A DNA stretch of 64,000 nt from IMG/VR virus record IMGVR_UViG_3300046490_000039, positions 33,903-97,902 of that record, one strand, 5' to 3'. Below, piece by piece: positions 47,044 through 54,910 of the stretch (positions are counted from its first letter, which is position 1; each line of letters starts with the position of its first letter). The translations under genes and the position numbers were made by a program. Origin of the DNA: a virus. Lineage: Duplodnaviria; Caudoviricetes. The notes under the pieces are model-generated. The model made no database searches, was not told the origin of the DNA, and was given only the letters and a program-made list of their open reading frames with translations.

Positions 47044-47325
47044 TCAGAACTTGATCTTTCCGGAGTAGCTCGGATCGAACTCGTACGGCTTCTGACCGCC
47101 GCATCCGCACCCTTCCTGAGCGACGAGACGGAACGGCTCCGGGGAGTCGGCCGTGGTCACGTCCCACGCAGTGCCAGCCGTAGCGGTCTCTTCGATATCG
47201 AAGGTCTCGATCGGTTGGCCCGTCACGAAGTTCTTGACGACTACCTGCGTGGGTGTGACCTCTACGTTCACGTCACGATACTTTCGTGATCCGTGGACGA
47301 AGACAGCGGCTTTGCTCAGACTCAT
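47044..47325 (-). CDS. hypothetical protein (GCGCG motif)
   Basis: Leaderless ORF. Confidence 0.6.
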   Translation of the reverse strand: MSLSKAAVFVHGSRKYRDVNVEVTPTQVVVKNFVTGQPIETFDIEETATAGTAWDVTTADSPEPFRLVAQEGCGCGGQKPYEFDPSYSGKIKF

Positions 47326-47339
47326 GTGACGATCCTACC

Positions 47340-48125
47340 TCAGATAGTGATTCGACGGACCAGGACCAACACGCCACCCAGGAGCAGGACGATCGACGCC
47401 AGCGCCATGATGGGTGCTGTGTTCGATCCAGTTGCGGGGAGTGGTGCAGGAGTGGGCTTGTTGATGACGGTGGTCGTGGGAGGCAGCGTCGTGGTCGGCG
47501 GGTGCACCTGGGCCACGGTCGTCGTTGTCGTCACTTCCGGAACAGTTGTCGTCACTTCCGGAACGGTCGTGGTCGGCGGTTCGGTCGTGGTGACTTCCGG
47601 AACAGTTGTCGTCACTTCCGGAACGGTCGTGGTCGGCGGTTCGGTCGTGGTGACTTCCGGAACAGTTGTCGTCGTGACCTCATCCGCTACCGTCGTCGTG
47701 GTCTCGTCAACGACCGTGGTCGTTGGCTCATCGACGACCGTCGTAGTCGTGGTCTCGTCAACGACCGTGGTCGTCGTCACCGGTACGGTGGTCGTCGTCG
47801 GGGGGACGTGTCCAGGGCAGCTCTCGATACCGGGATCGCTTCCACCGATCTGCACCACGATCGAGTGATCGTGTGCGTCAGCGAAGGTGTCGCCCACCCG
47901 CACGGGATCGTGCACACCGGGACCCTTGATGCTGCTGTCGTCCACGTAGATCGGATTCTTGCCGTCCTTGAGACGCTCATCTTCGTGGGGCGTGCCGACG
48001 TACTTGCACACCCAGACCTTGTGGTCTTCCTTGTGCACCGACGTGGCACCTACTGGGACGGCCACCATGAGGGAGAACCCCATGACAATCGCCGTGAGTG
48101 GGAGGTACAGGCTACGCAATTTCAT
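47340..48125 (-). CDS. LPxTG cell-wall-anchored Thr/Pro-rich surface protein
   Basis: Signal peptide; VCKYVGTP domain; TTTVPEV repeats; LPATG + TM helix + RR. Confidence 0.85.
   Translation of the reverse strand: MKLRSLYLPLTAIVMGFSLMVAVPVGATSVHKEDHKVWVCKYVGTPHEDERLKDGKNPIYVDDSSIKGPGVHDPVRVGDTFADAHDHSIVVQIGGSDPGIESCPGHVPPTTTTVPVTTTTVVDETTTTTVVDEPTTTVVDETTTTVADEVTTTTVPEVTTTEPPTTTVPEVTTTVPEVTTTEPPTTTVPEVTTTVPEVTTTTTVAQVHPPTTTLPPTTTVINKPTPAPLPATGSNTAPIMALASIVLLLGGVLVLVRRITI
47530..47670. repeat. 60-bp tandem repeat inside the LPxTG gene
   Basis: Unit ACTTCCGGAACAGTTGTCGTCACTTCCGGAACGGTCGTGGTCGGCGGTTCGGTCGTGGTG, about 2.3 copies. Confidence 0.85.
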
Positions 48126-48212
48126 TAGGACATCCTAACACTAGGGAGGGGAGGGCTTCACGCTCTCTCTGCCTTCACGATACACCGGAAACCGAGAGAT
48201 GGCTACTTTCAA

Positions 48213-48286
48213 TGGAGGCGGAGACGAGAATCGAACTCGCATCGAAGACTTATGAGGACTCCAGGTTACCGTTACCCTACCCCGCT
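48213..48286 (-). tRNA. tRNA-Met(CAU), initiator-like 1:72 mismatch
   Basis: Cloverleaf, CTCATAA anticodon loop, TTCGATT T-loop, CCA end. Confidence 0.85.
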
Positions 48287-48361
48287 GGTGGTTACCGAAG
48301 GTGCCGCCCCCTCGACCTTCCGGGTTTCAACCGGACGCTCTACTGCCTGAGCTAGGTAACC
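48286..48361 (-). tRNA. tRNA-Phe(GAA)
   Basis: GGTTACC/GGTAACC acceptor, TTGAAAC loop, atypical T-loop GGCGGCA, CCA end. Confidence 0.85.
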
Positions 48362-48369
48362 AAGTACGG

Positions 48370-48540
48370 AAGGTGGCCGCCTGGAGAGCTACCCCAGACG
48401 GCCCCTGACGGTATCCGTTTACCGGTGGTCCGCTTCTGGACTCGGGTCAGGTGGACCACCTCAATTTCACCGAGTGCCCTACTTGACTTCAAGGGACAGA
48501 GCCATCCCGACTTGTAGCGATTACGGCTCGCTACGGCCCT
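48370..48540 (-). ncRNA. candidate structured RNA between the HNH gene and tRNA-Phe
   Basis: Run of hairpins; no minus-strand ORF in the track. Confidence 0.35.
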
Positions 48541-48543
48541 CTA

Positions 48544-49038
48544 CTAGTCAGCTTTCGCTAACAGACTTTCTGGAGCATACAGCTCCAAGATCTGTGTCGC
48601 CCACGCAATCTTGTCGGCAACTCGTTGACCTGACGGCTGGCTCTTTGACCATAGCTCCAGGTTCTCGATTCGATTGTCGTCCCGAATCCCATTGAGGTGG
48701 TGGACGTTCTCATGCGAAAGGAGTGATCTCCCTAAGTGCATTGCCATCACGTGGCGGTGCTCGTACACGTACGGATCGCTTGCCCGTGAGCGGTGCTCTG
48801 GGGCTACCAGGATGTCCACGTACCCATTACGTCGCAGTCGACGCTCTGGGGTTGCGGACTTCTTCACCCCTACTTGACTGGGCCGTGTAGCACAGTCAGA
48901 GCAGAGAGTGTAAGGTGCACCTACAGCGGAACCGCACTTCTCGCATGGATGTTTGTACCGGTGATACCGACAGCTCGGGCACGATGCGTGCCGTGATTTC
49001 GGCACAAACTCTACTCTGCACTCTCGGCATTTCTTCAT
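48544..49038 (-). CDS. HNH homing endonuclease
   Basis: EHRHVM...[21 protein letters not shown]. Confidence 0.9.
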   Translation of the reverse strand: MKKCRECRVEFVPKSRHASCPSCRYHRYKHPCEKCGSAVGAPYTLCSDCATRPSQVGVKKSATPERRLRRNGYVDILVAPEHRSRASDPYVYEHRHVMAMHLGRSLLSHENVHHLNGIRDDNRIENLELWSKSQPSGQRVADKIAWATQILELYAPESLLAKAD

Positions 49039-49081
49039 GTCATCAGTCTAGTGGGGGTCCACCGTCCCGGACAATCACAAG

Positions 49082-49464
49082 TGGAGCTGGGGGGGTGACG
49101 CTCCCCCCGTCCAATCCTACCGTTTGGGGCTATCTACGTGAACTAGTCGCTCTCTCGGCTGCGACCGCCGCACTGCGTTTCCGGGACGACTACCTTGACC
49201 GGAGTAAGGGTTCTGAGGAAGTCCGTTCCTCGTCGGCCGCTATTGGGTTAGCACGGGTAGCGGACCCGTGGAGTCTCAGACGAGAACCAAGGTCGAAGCC
49301 ACGAGGGCTTCGTACTCGGTGTCGAGGGCCGCCATTGCGACGACGATCTCGGCCTCGGTAACGATGTCAGTTTCGGCATCTTTGGGTTGCACAGGGATAC
49401 ATGCCCCGTACCGCACGTTCACGCCAGCGTACCTCTCCGCAGACTGTCGAATCTACTCAGCCCC
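49082..49464 (-). ncRNA. ssrA: tmRNA
   Basis: 5' GGGGCTGA...ATTCGAC; 3' GAC...CAGCTCCA with G3-U; tag ORF 49377-49276 AETDIVTEAEIVVAMAALDTEYEALVASTLVLV*. Confidence 0.9.
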
Positions 49465-49509
49465 GTATTGGTACTTTACATCTCTCGGTTGTCAATGAGC
49501 TTGGGATTC

Positions 49510-49538
49510 AGTCTAGCACCGGATTGCTCCGATGTCAA
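49510..49538 (-). promoter_or_regulatory. promoter TTGACA-17-TAGACT for the tmRNA/tRNA unit
   Basis: Consensus spacing, 45 nt upstream of tmRNA. Confidence 0.75.
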
Positions 49539-49653
49539 CCTTTCGGAATCCAACCTTCGATGAGCTTGTCGATGAAGGCGTCTTGCTCTTCCTCGCTGAG
49601 ATCGTTCCAGTTGGCCGGAACCTCAACGGGGTCCTGCCCCTTTCGCTTCTCGC

Positions 49654-50232
49654 TCATGCCGACACCTTAGCACGGAACCACACGCCTTGGACAAGATCTG
49701 CCGAGGCGGTCACTGTGCGGTCTCCACCGGTACCGCCCGTGTTGATGATGGTGAAGTTGTGTAGGCGGGCCATCGAGATCTGGTCGTTCTTGCGGGCAAA
49801 CTTCTCAGCGGCGGCCCTCTTGTTGGGTGGGAACACGATGGTCACGTTGACCTCCAGCTTGCCGTCAGCGGGGTTGTGCCAGCCTCCAATGGCCACCTTG
49901 GTACCGTGGGGCGGGGTGGTGCCCAGCGCCGCTCCTATGCGATCACGGACCAGTGCACGGAGCCGTGGGTTGACTGAACCGTCCGGCATGTAGGCGTCCT
50001 TGGCGTCGATCAGCTTGTCCGACCCCTTGATGGCAACGGCGAACCCCTTGGAGATCGGCTTCAGGTGGGTCGACATGGTGAAGCCAGAGTCCGGCTCGTG
50101 CAGGTCCTTGCCGAGACCGGCCATCCCCTTGCGGGACATGGACGGACCACCAGCGCTGCCGCCGCTACCGCCGCTGTTCGGCGGTCGGCAGGCTGCGCTA
50201 TGACAGGCGAAGACGGCAGCGTTGACGATCAC
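49654..50232 (-). CDS. hypothetical protein with CHSAACRPP tag
   Basis: FACHSAACRPPNSGGSGGS; SGFT...IGGW...DQISM domain. Confidence 0.7.
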   Translation of the reverse strand: MIVNAAVFACHSAACRPPNSGGSGGSAGGPSMSRKGMAGLGKDLHEPDSGFTMSTHLKPISKGFAVAIKGSDKLIDAKDAYMPDGSVNPRLRALVRDRIGAALGTTPPHGTKVAIGGWHNPADGKLEVNVTIVFPPNKRAAAEKFARKNDQISMARLHNFTIINTGGTGGDRTVTASADLVQGVWFRAKVSA

Positions 50233-50241
50233 AGGGATAGT

Positions 50242-52233
50242 CTAGCGGACCGGACACGCACCCCCGATCGAGCACGCCAGCTCCTCGTTGCCCGTATCGC
50301 CGGATACTAGTAGGGCCTCAGCCTTGAGAGAGTGATACTCGCCCTCGGTGAGGGGGACGTATGGGGACTGCGGCCGAGAGGCGGTCGGGAAGACCGTCAT
50401 ACCCTTCACCTCAGGGAGCCACCTACGAACAGCGGCCCACAGCTCGGGGAGGGTGACGGTCGTCGGGTCGAATGAAGCGGTGAAGCTCACGGCGTTGCCG
50501 TCTCGTCCGCCACAGAATTCCTTAGTGACGGCGGCGAGCACTGCGAACTGCTCGGAGATGGTTACCTCGTCGATCTGCTGCACCACGTCGAGCGGGTACT
50601 TCTCCACGAGCGGATCGGCCACGGGGTAGCTCACCACCCACGTGTTCTCGGCGTAGATGCACGGCTCGACCACGAGACCGTTGTTGCGAGCGGCCTCGAT
50701 CCGAGGATCACCGGTCGTGTAGCGGACGTTGCGGACGTACCACCGAGCGAGGATGGCGTGGGCACCGGGCTGTGTGCCACGGAGCTGAGCGATCGTGCCG
50801 TTGGGGGCGATGGCCGTGACCTTGATGCAGCGGGAGATCCCCAGCTCGTCACAGTAGGCGTCGGCCTCTTGACGGCACACCTCACGGTACCGACGTAGAA
50901 ACAGCCGGAGCGTGTCGTTGGTAGCGATGTCACGGTAGCGGACCCCGTGAGCGGCGGCCCACTCCTGGAGACCGAGGAAGCCCACGCCGATGCGGCGGTT
51001 GCGTTCCTCGATGGTGGCGGTAGGCTCGATCTTGATACTCGTGAGCGTCTGCCGGATCAGGAACCTGGTCATGTAGCGGAAGGCCTGCTCCGCTCCGGCG
51101 TGATCGGTACCGAACAGGCCGATGTCCACGCTGCCGATGTTGCAGCTCTCGCCCTCCTCCAGAGCAATCTCCCCGCACGGATTGGTCGAGCGCACGTCAC
51201 CACGCTCACCCACCGCCGAGAGCGCCACGTTGTAGAAGCCCGGCTCACCGTTGCGGTACATGCCGATGACGACCTGCTCAAAGATCTCCTGGGCCACGTT
51301 GTCACCACGCTGAATCCCGTCAAGGAACGCCTGGTCCACCTCCACCGAGATGTTCGTGGTCCAGTGCTTCATCGGGTCTTCCTTGGCGTGAATGAAGCGG
51401 ATGATGTCCGGGTCCCGCCAGTGCATGATGCTCATGCGAGCGGAGCGCCGAGCGCCACCAGCGACCACGGCGGAGGCGATGGCGTGGTCACACTCCATGG
51501 CGTCCATTCCAGAGAGCGGACGGCCAACGGCAGACCGGAGCACCGTGGCGATGCCGACGATGGACGACACGAGCGGGGCCGGGCCGGAAGCGGTCCCGCC
51601 GAAAGTCAGGATCGGCGCACCGTGCGGGCGCACGAGGGAGACGTTGATCGCCACGCTCGTGAAGAGGGGGAAGGTGGCGGCGTCGAAGAGTGCGCCCCAG
51701 GCCTCGACCCAGCCCTCACGTGAGTCCTGCACGTACTCGCCGTAGACGGACCCCTCGTTGAAGAACTCACCGGCCGCCCGCTTCACGTCCTCGTAGTCGG
51801 GGTGCGACGGGTCACAGGTGATGGAAAGGTTGAACGGGTGTACGGGTCCGGCCTTGGCCAGGTACTCTTGCGAGTAGTTGGCACCGACCCCGCCACCGAG
51901 CAGGAGCATGCTCCCCATGAACTCAAAGTGGTCAGCGAGTCTAGCAGTGAAGGGTGCCCGAAAGCAATTCCTACGAGCCTCTCCGGGGATGTCCGCCACG
52001 CCGGTCACCCAGAGATGGCGGCCAGCGGGGAGCAGAGCGAACCGATCCATGAGAGCGATGATCTCACGGCGCTCCACCTCATCGGTGTACTGATCGAGCA
52101 CGGCGTTCCCCTGCACCACTCGACGAACGGTGTCCTTCCAGTCCTCGTGCTTTCCGTCGATGACTCGTGAGTAGGTGCGGCGATAGACATCCTCGCCAAT
52201 GGGTCCGAAGTGTGTAGGGTCGTTGGTATTCAT
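50242..52233 (-). CDS. nrdJ: class II (adenosylcobalamin-dependent) ribonucleotide reductase
   Basis: RTYSR, PAGRHLW, NC, GGGVG, FGGTASGP, RRSA, TNPCGEI, RRIGVG, APNGT, C-terminal CSIGGAC. Confidence 0.93.
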   Translation of the reverse strand: MNTNDPTHFGPIGEDVYRRTYSRVIDGKHEDWKDTVRRVVQGNAVLDQYTDEVERREIIALMDRFALLPAGRHLWVTGVADIPGEARRNCFRAPFTARLADHFEFMGSMLLLGGGVGANYSQEYLAKAGPVHPFNLSITCDPSHPDYEDVKRAAGEFFNEGSVYGEYVQDSREGWVEAWGALFDAATFPLFTSVAINVSLVRPHGAPILTFGGTASGPAPLVSSIVGIATVLRSAVGRPLSGMDAMECDHAIASAVVAGGARRSARMSIMHWRDPDIIRFIHAKEDPMKHWTTNISVEVDQAFLDGIQRGDNVAQEIFEQVVIGMYRNGEPGFYNVALSAVGERGDVRSTNPCGEIALEEGESCNIGSVDIGLFGTDHAGAEQAFRYMTRFLIRQTLTSIKIEPTATIEERNRRIGVGFLGLQEWAAAHGVRYRDIATNDTLRLFLRRYREVCRQEADAYCDELGISRCIKVTAIAPNGTIAQLRGTQPGAHAILARWYVRNVRYTTGDPRIEAARNNGLVVEPCIYAENTWVVSYPVADPLVEKYPLDVVQQIDEVTISEQFAVLAAVTKEFCGGRDGNAVSFTASFDPTTVTLPELWAAVRRWLPEVKGMTVFPTASRPQSPYVPLTEGEYHSLKAEALLVSGDTGNEELACSIGGACPVR

Positions 52234-52395
52234 AGATCTAGTTCCCTTGTGCTGAGATGCGAAGGACGACCCCCGGAGGGGTCGCCCTGTCACGTCGCTA
52301 GTGCTCGGTGGCGGTCACCGAGTCTGCGCCTGTCAGCGGGTTGTGTGTCCATCCTACCCTGGTCGGGCCGGTTCGGACACCCGCTATGTAGATCC

Positions 52396-52722
52396 CTAGG
52401 CCGCCCTGCGGACGGTGCTCGGGGCGCTCTTCTTGGCCCGCTCCATCAGCGGAACAACCCATTTCCCGGTGCGTACCAGGTGGGCCTCGGCCTCCATGCG
52501 CTTCCGTACCATGGCACGGCTTCTGCCTACTCCCGCTCGGGTGAGGGCCTTGGTCCGGCCGGTGCTGTGCGGGATACCGACAACGGCCATCTTGCCAGCG
52601 CTCGGGATGGCACGAGCACGGAAACTCATCCCACTACCGCTACCGCCAGACCCGCCACTCTTCGGCGGTCGGCATGCGGCCGAATGGCAGGCGAAGATCT
52701 CGGCGGAGACGGAGAGAATCAC
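52396..52722 (-). CDS. basic hypothetical protein with CHSAACRPP tag
   Basis: EIFACHSAACRPPKSGGSGGS followed by an Arg/Lys-rich region. Confidence 0.65.
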   Translation of the reverse strand: MILSVSAEIFACHSAACRPPKSGGSGGSGSGMSFRARAIPSAGKMAVVGIPHSTGRTKALTRAGVGRSRAMVRKRMEAEAHLVRTGKWVVPLMERAKKSAPSTVRRAA

Positions 52723-53024
52723 TTGATCCCCTTCGTGAGCTGCGGTCCGGTCACGTGCTTGTGAGCCTTCTGGGCCTGAGCGAGTCGAGCGAGCACGGCC
52801 GGATTGTGGGCCTGTCCGGCGTTGAGTACGTTGACCCGGCCCTTCTTGCGGAAGTGGAGACGGCTGTTGGAGATGGCAGCGGCCTTGCTCTTGTCATAGC
52901 CCTTCGACCTGAGGATGTCGTACAGGTGAGGCCACTTGAGGGAGGTCGAGCGCCCGTACTTACCCTTCGGGGGACCGGCAGCGGTCAACACCTCAGGGTC
53001 GAACGACACGACGATGATGGTCAC
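52719..53024 (-). CDS. basic hypothetical protein
   Basis: SLK...LYDILRSKGYDKSKAAAISN. Confidence 0.65.
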   Translation of the reverse strand: MTIIVVSFDPEVLTAAGPPKGKYGRSTSLKWPHLYDILRSKGYDKSKAAAISNSRLHFRKKGRVNVLNAGQAHNPAVLARLAQAQKAHKHVTGPQLTKGIK

Positions 53025-53362
53025 TTCTTGGCCTTGGCGTAGACAGCGGCCACGGTGGACGGTACGGCCGTCACGGTGTCGTAGGCGGCGAGTACGGCCG
53101 GGCTGGCCGTGATCACGGGGTGGGACGGAGCGGGGGCCGGGGCGGCGCTGGAGGTCATGTGCACCTTGATGCCGAGGGACTTGGCACGGTTGAGGATGTG
53201 CCCAACGATCTGAGCGTACGGGGCCTTGCCCTGGTGGCGGCGACGGACGGCCGCTCGTAGCTCCCGCTTGTTGCGGATCGGATAGGACCCATTCGGGAGA
53301 GCGAGTCCGCCCTTTGCCGCAACCGCACGAGCGGCCTTTGAGTACATGGGACCAGATGCCAT
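53021..53362 (-). CDS. basic head-region protein with ALPxGSYPI motif
   Basis: ALPNGSYPIRN..EL.AA...HI..RAK.LG. Confidence 0.65.
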   Translation of the reverse strand: MASGPMYSKAARAVAAKGGLALPNGSYPIRNKRELRAAVRRRHQGKAPYAQIVGHILNRAKSLGIKVHMTSSAAPAPAPSHPVITASPAVLAAYDTVTAVPSTVAAVYAKAKK

Positions 53363-53390
53363 GTGCCTATCGTAGTTCGGCCGGTGGGGG

Positions 53391-54725
53391 TCAGCGGATC
53401 ACTGAAGGGAGGTTCGGCAGGCCAACGGGGGTGAAGAACTCTGCGATCCCACCGCCGAGCATGAGTTTCGTGAAAGCATGGACATATGCGTCGAGTCGGT
53501 CGGGGCTGGCGTTGCCGGGGACCCACTGCACCATCTGGTCCTCAAGGGCATCGAAGCCCGTGCCGATGTGGTGGATGCGACCCTGCTCTGCGAGCGCTGC
53601 GATCGGCTCAGCCCGGAGCATCTTGCCCCTGGCGCTGTAGACCTTCTTGACCGGGACCTTGGAGTCGATGGTGTGGATCGTGTTGACCACGAGATCATAC
53701 CCCTGATTCACCTCGGCCACAACCTGATTCGCCTGATTCTCGTGGTACTGATTGACGACCTGGGTCGCCCAGGCATCGGGGGACGGACGGAGTAGGGAGG
53801 CGTCCCGGAACAGATATCCGTGCCCGTCCCGCCCACGACCGGCCACGATGATCCCGCACTCGGTGGCCCGCTCGGTGGACTGGCTCATGTTGGGGTCAAC
53901 GCCCACGACGATCTCGGCCATGTCCTCCAGCCCCACGGTCCCGATCTCGACTCGGTTGGACTCGATCTTGACACGCTTCCACAGGGCACCGGGTTCCTCC
54001 AGGATCAGCTCTGCGTACAGCTCTTGGCGACCCATCGTCGTGCCCTCGTACCGGGCACGGAGAGAGTTGAGGGTCGACTCGGCCAGGTTGGCGGCGTTGT
54101 CGAAGGTCGAGCCGGTGGTGATGCGAACTCGATCAGGCTCGGTGCGAGAACGATTCACCAGCTCGATGATCAGCGGGGTTGGCTTGGGTGTAGTGGTCAC
54201 TACCATTCGGGGGTTGCGTCCGAGACGCATGCCGAGCAGCGCCATGTCAAAGGTCGACTGTGACTCTTGGAAGGCGCACAGCTCGTCGAGCCAGAGGTAG
54301 TGCGACTGAAAGCCACGAAGCTTCTCCGGGTCGCCACCGGAGAACGTGAAGGCCATGGAGCCGTTCTTGAGGCGGAGCTGGCCCAGCGATCGGTTGTACT
54401 TCTGCACCAGCTCCGGGTTGATCACCGAGAGCAGGCCCGACTCACCCTCCACGCAGATGTCACGGGCAGCGCCGATGGTCTGCCCGATGATGCCGACACG
54501 GATGCCAGGCTCAGCGAGCATGCGTTCCTTCATGTACTCAGCTCCCGTACGGCTCTTGCCGAAGCCACGGCCAGCGAGCAATAGCCATATATCCCAGTCC
54601 CCTGCGGGGGGCAATTGATTCGGTCGTGCCCAGTTGCGCCAGTTGAATTTCAGCTCGTTCGTGAACGAGATCTTCTGGTCCAGGCTCCACGTTTCCCACT
54701 CAGGGGGTAGGGATAGATCGGACAT
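53391..54725 (-). CDS. terminase large subunit
   Basis: AGRGFGKSR, WLDEL, TTTP, VGVDP, AEVNQG, SPDRLDA. Confidence 0.95.
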   Translation of the reverse strand: MSDLSLPPEWETWSLDQKISFTNELKFNWRNWARPNQLPPAGDWDIWLLLAGRGFGKSRTGAEYMKERMLAEPGIRVGIIGQTIGAARDICVEGESGLLSVINPELVQKYNRSLGQLRLKNGSMAFTFSGGDPEKLRGFQSHYLWLDELCAFQESQSTFDMALLGMRLGRNPRMVVTTTPKPTPLIIELVNRSRTEPDRVRITTGSTFDNAANLAESTLNSLRARYEGTTMGRQELYAELILEEPGALWKRVKIESNRVEIGTVGLEDMAEIVVGVDPNMSQSTERATECGIIVAGRGRDGHGYLFRDASLLRPSPDAWATQVVNQYHENQANQVVAEVNQGYDLVVNTIHTIDSKVPVKKVYSARGKMLRAEPIAALAEQGRIHHIGTGFDALEDQMVQWVPGNASPDRLDAYVHAFTKLMLGGGIAEFFTPVGLPNLPSVIR

Positions 54726-54770
54726 TGGTAGCCTTTACGCTACCACAGATTGTAGGCAGCCGTCTTGAGA

Positions 54771-54905
54771 CTACCCCTGCTTGAGAGTGCTGAGGATGTA
54801 TTCGTACTGATCCTCTTCACCCTGCTCGTATTCATTGCGAAGTTCCTCCGCCGTAGGCTCTTGGCCCGTGATGACAGGAATCTTCAGCGGTTCGGTGTTC
54901 TTCAT
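54771..54905 (-). CDS. 44-aa acidic protein
   Basis: GGAG SD overlapping the end of the upstream gene; MKNTEPLKIP... Confidence 0.5.
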   Translation of the reverse strand: MKNTEPLKIPVITGQEPTAEELRNEYEQGEEDQYEYILSTLKQG

Positions 54906-54910
54906 CGGTG

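Noticed and set aside
49470-49494. Second TTGACA as a tandem promoter (also at 2749)
   Set aside because: No convincing -10 at 17-18 nt; better explained as the conserved leader/stalk element
52225-52250. NrdR box near the nrdJ start
   Set aside because: Only a partial single match (ACTAGATCTA); not enough support
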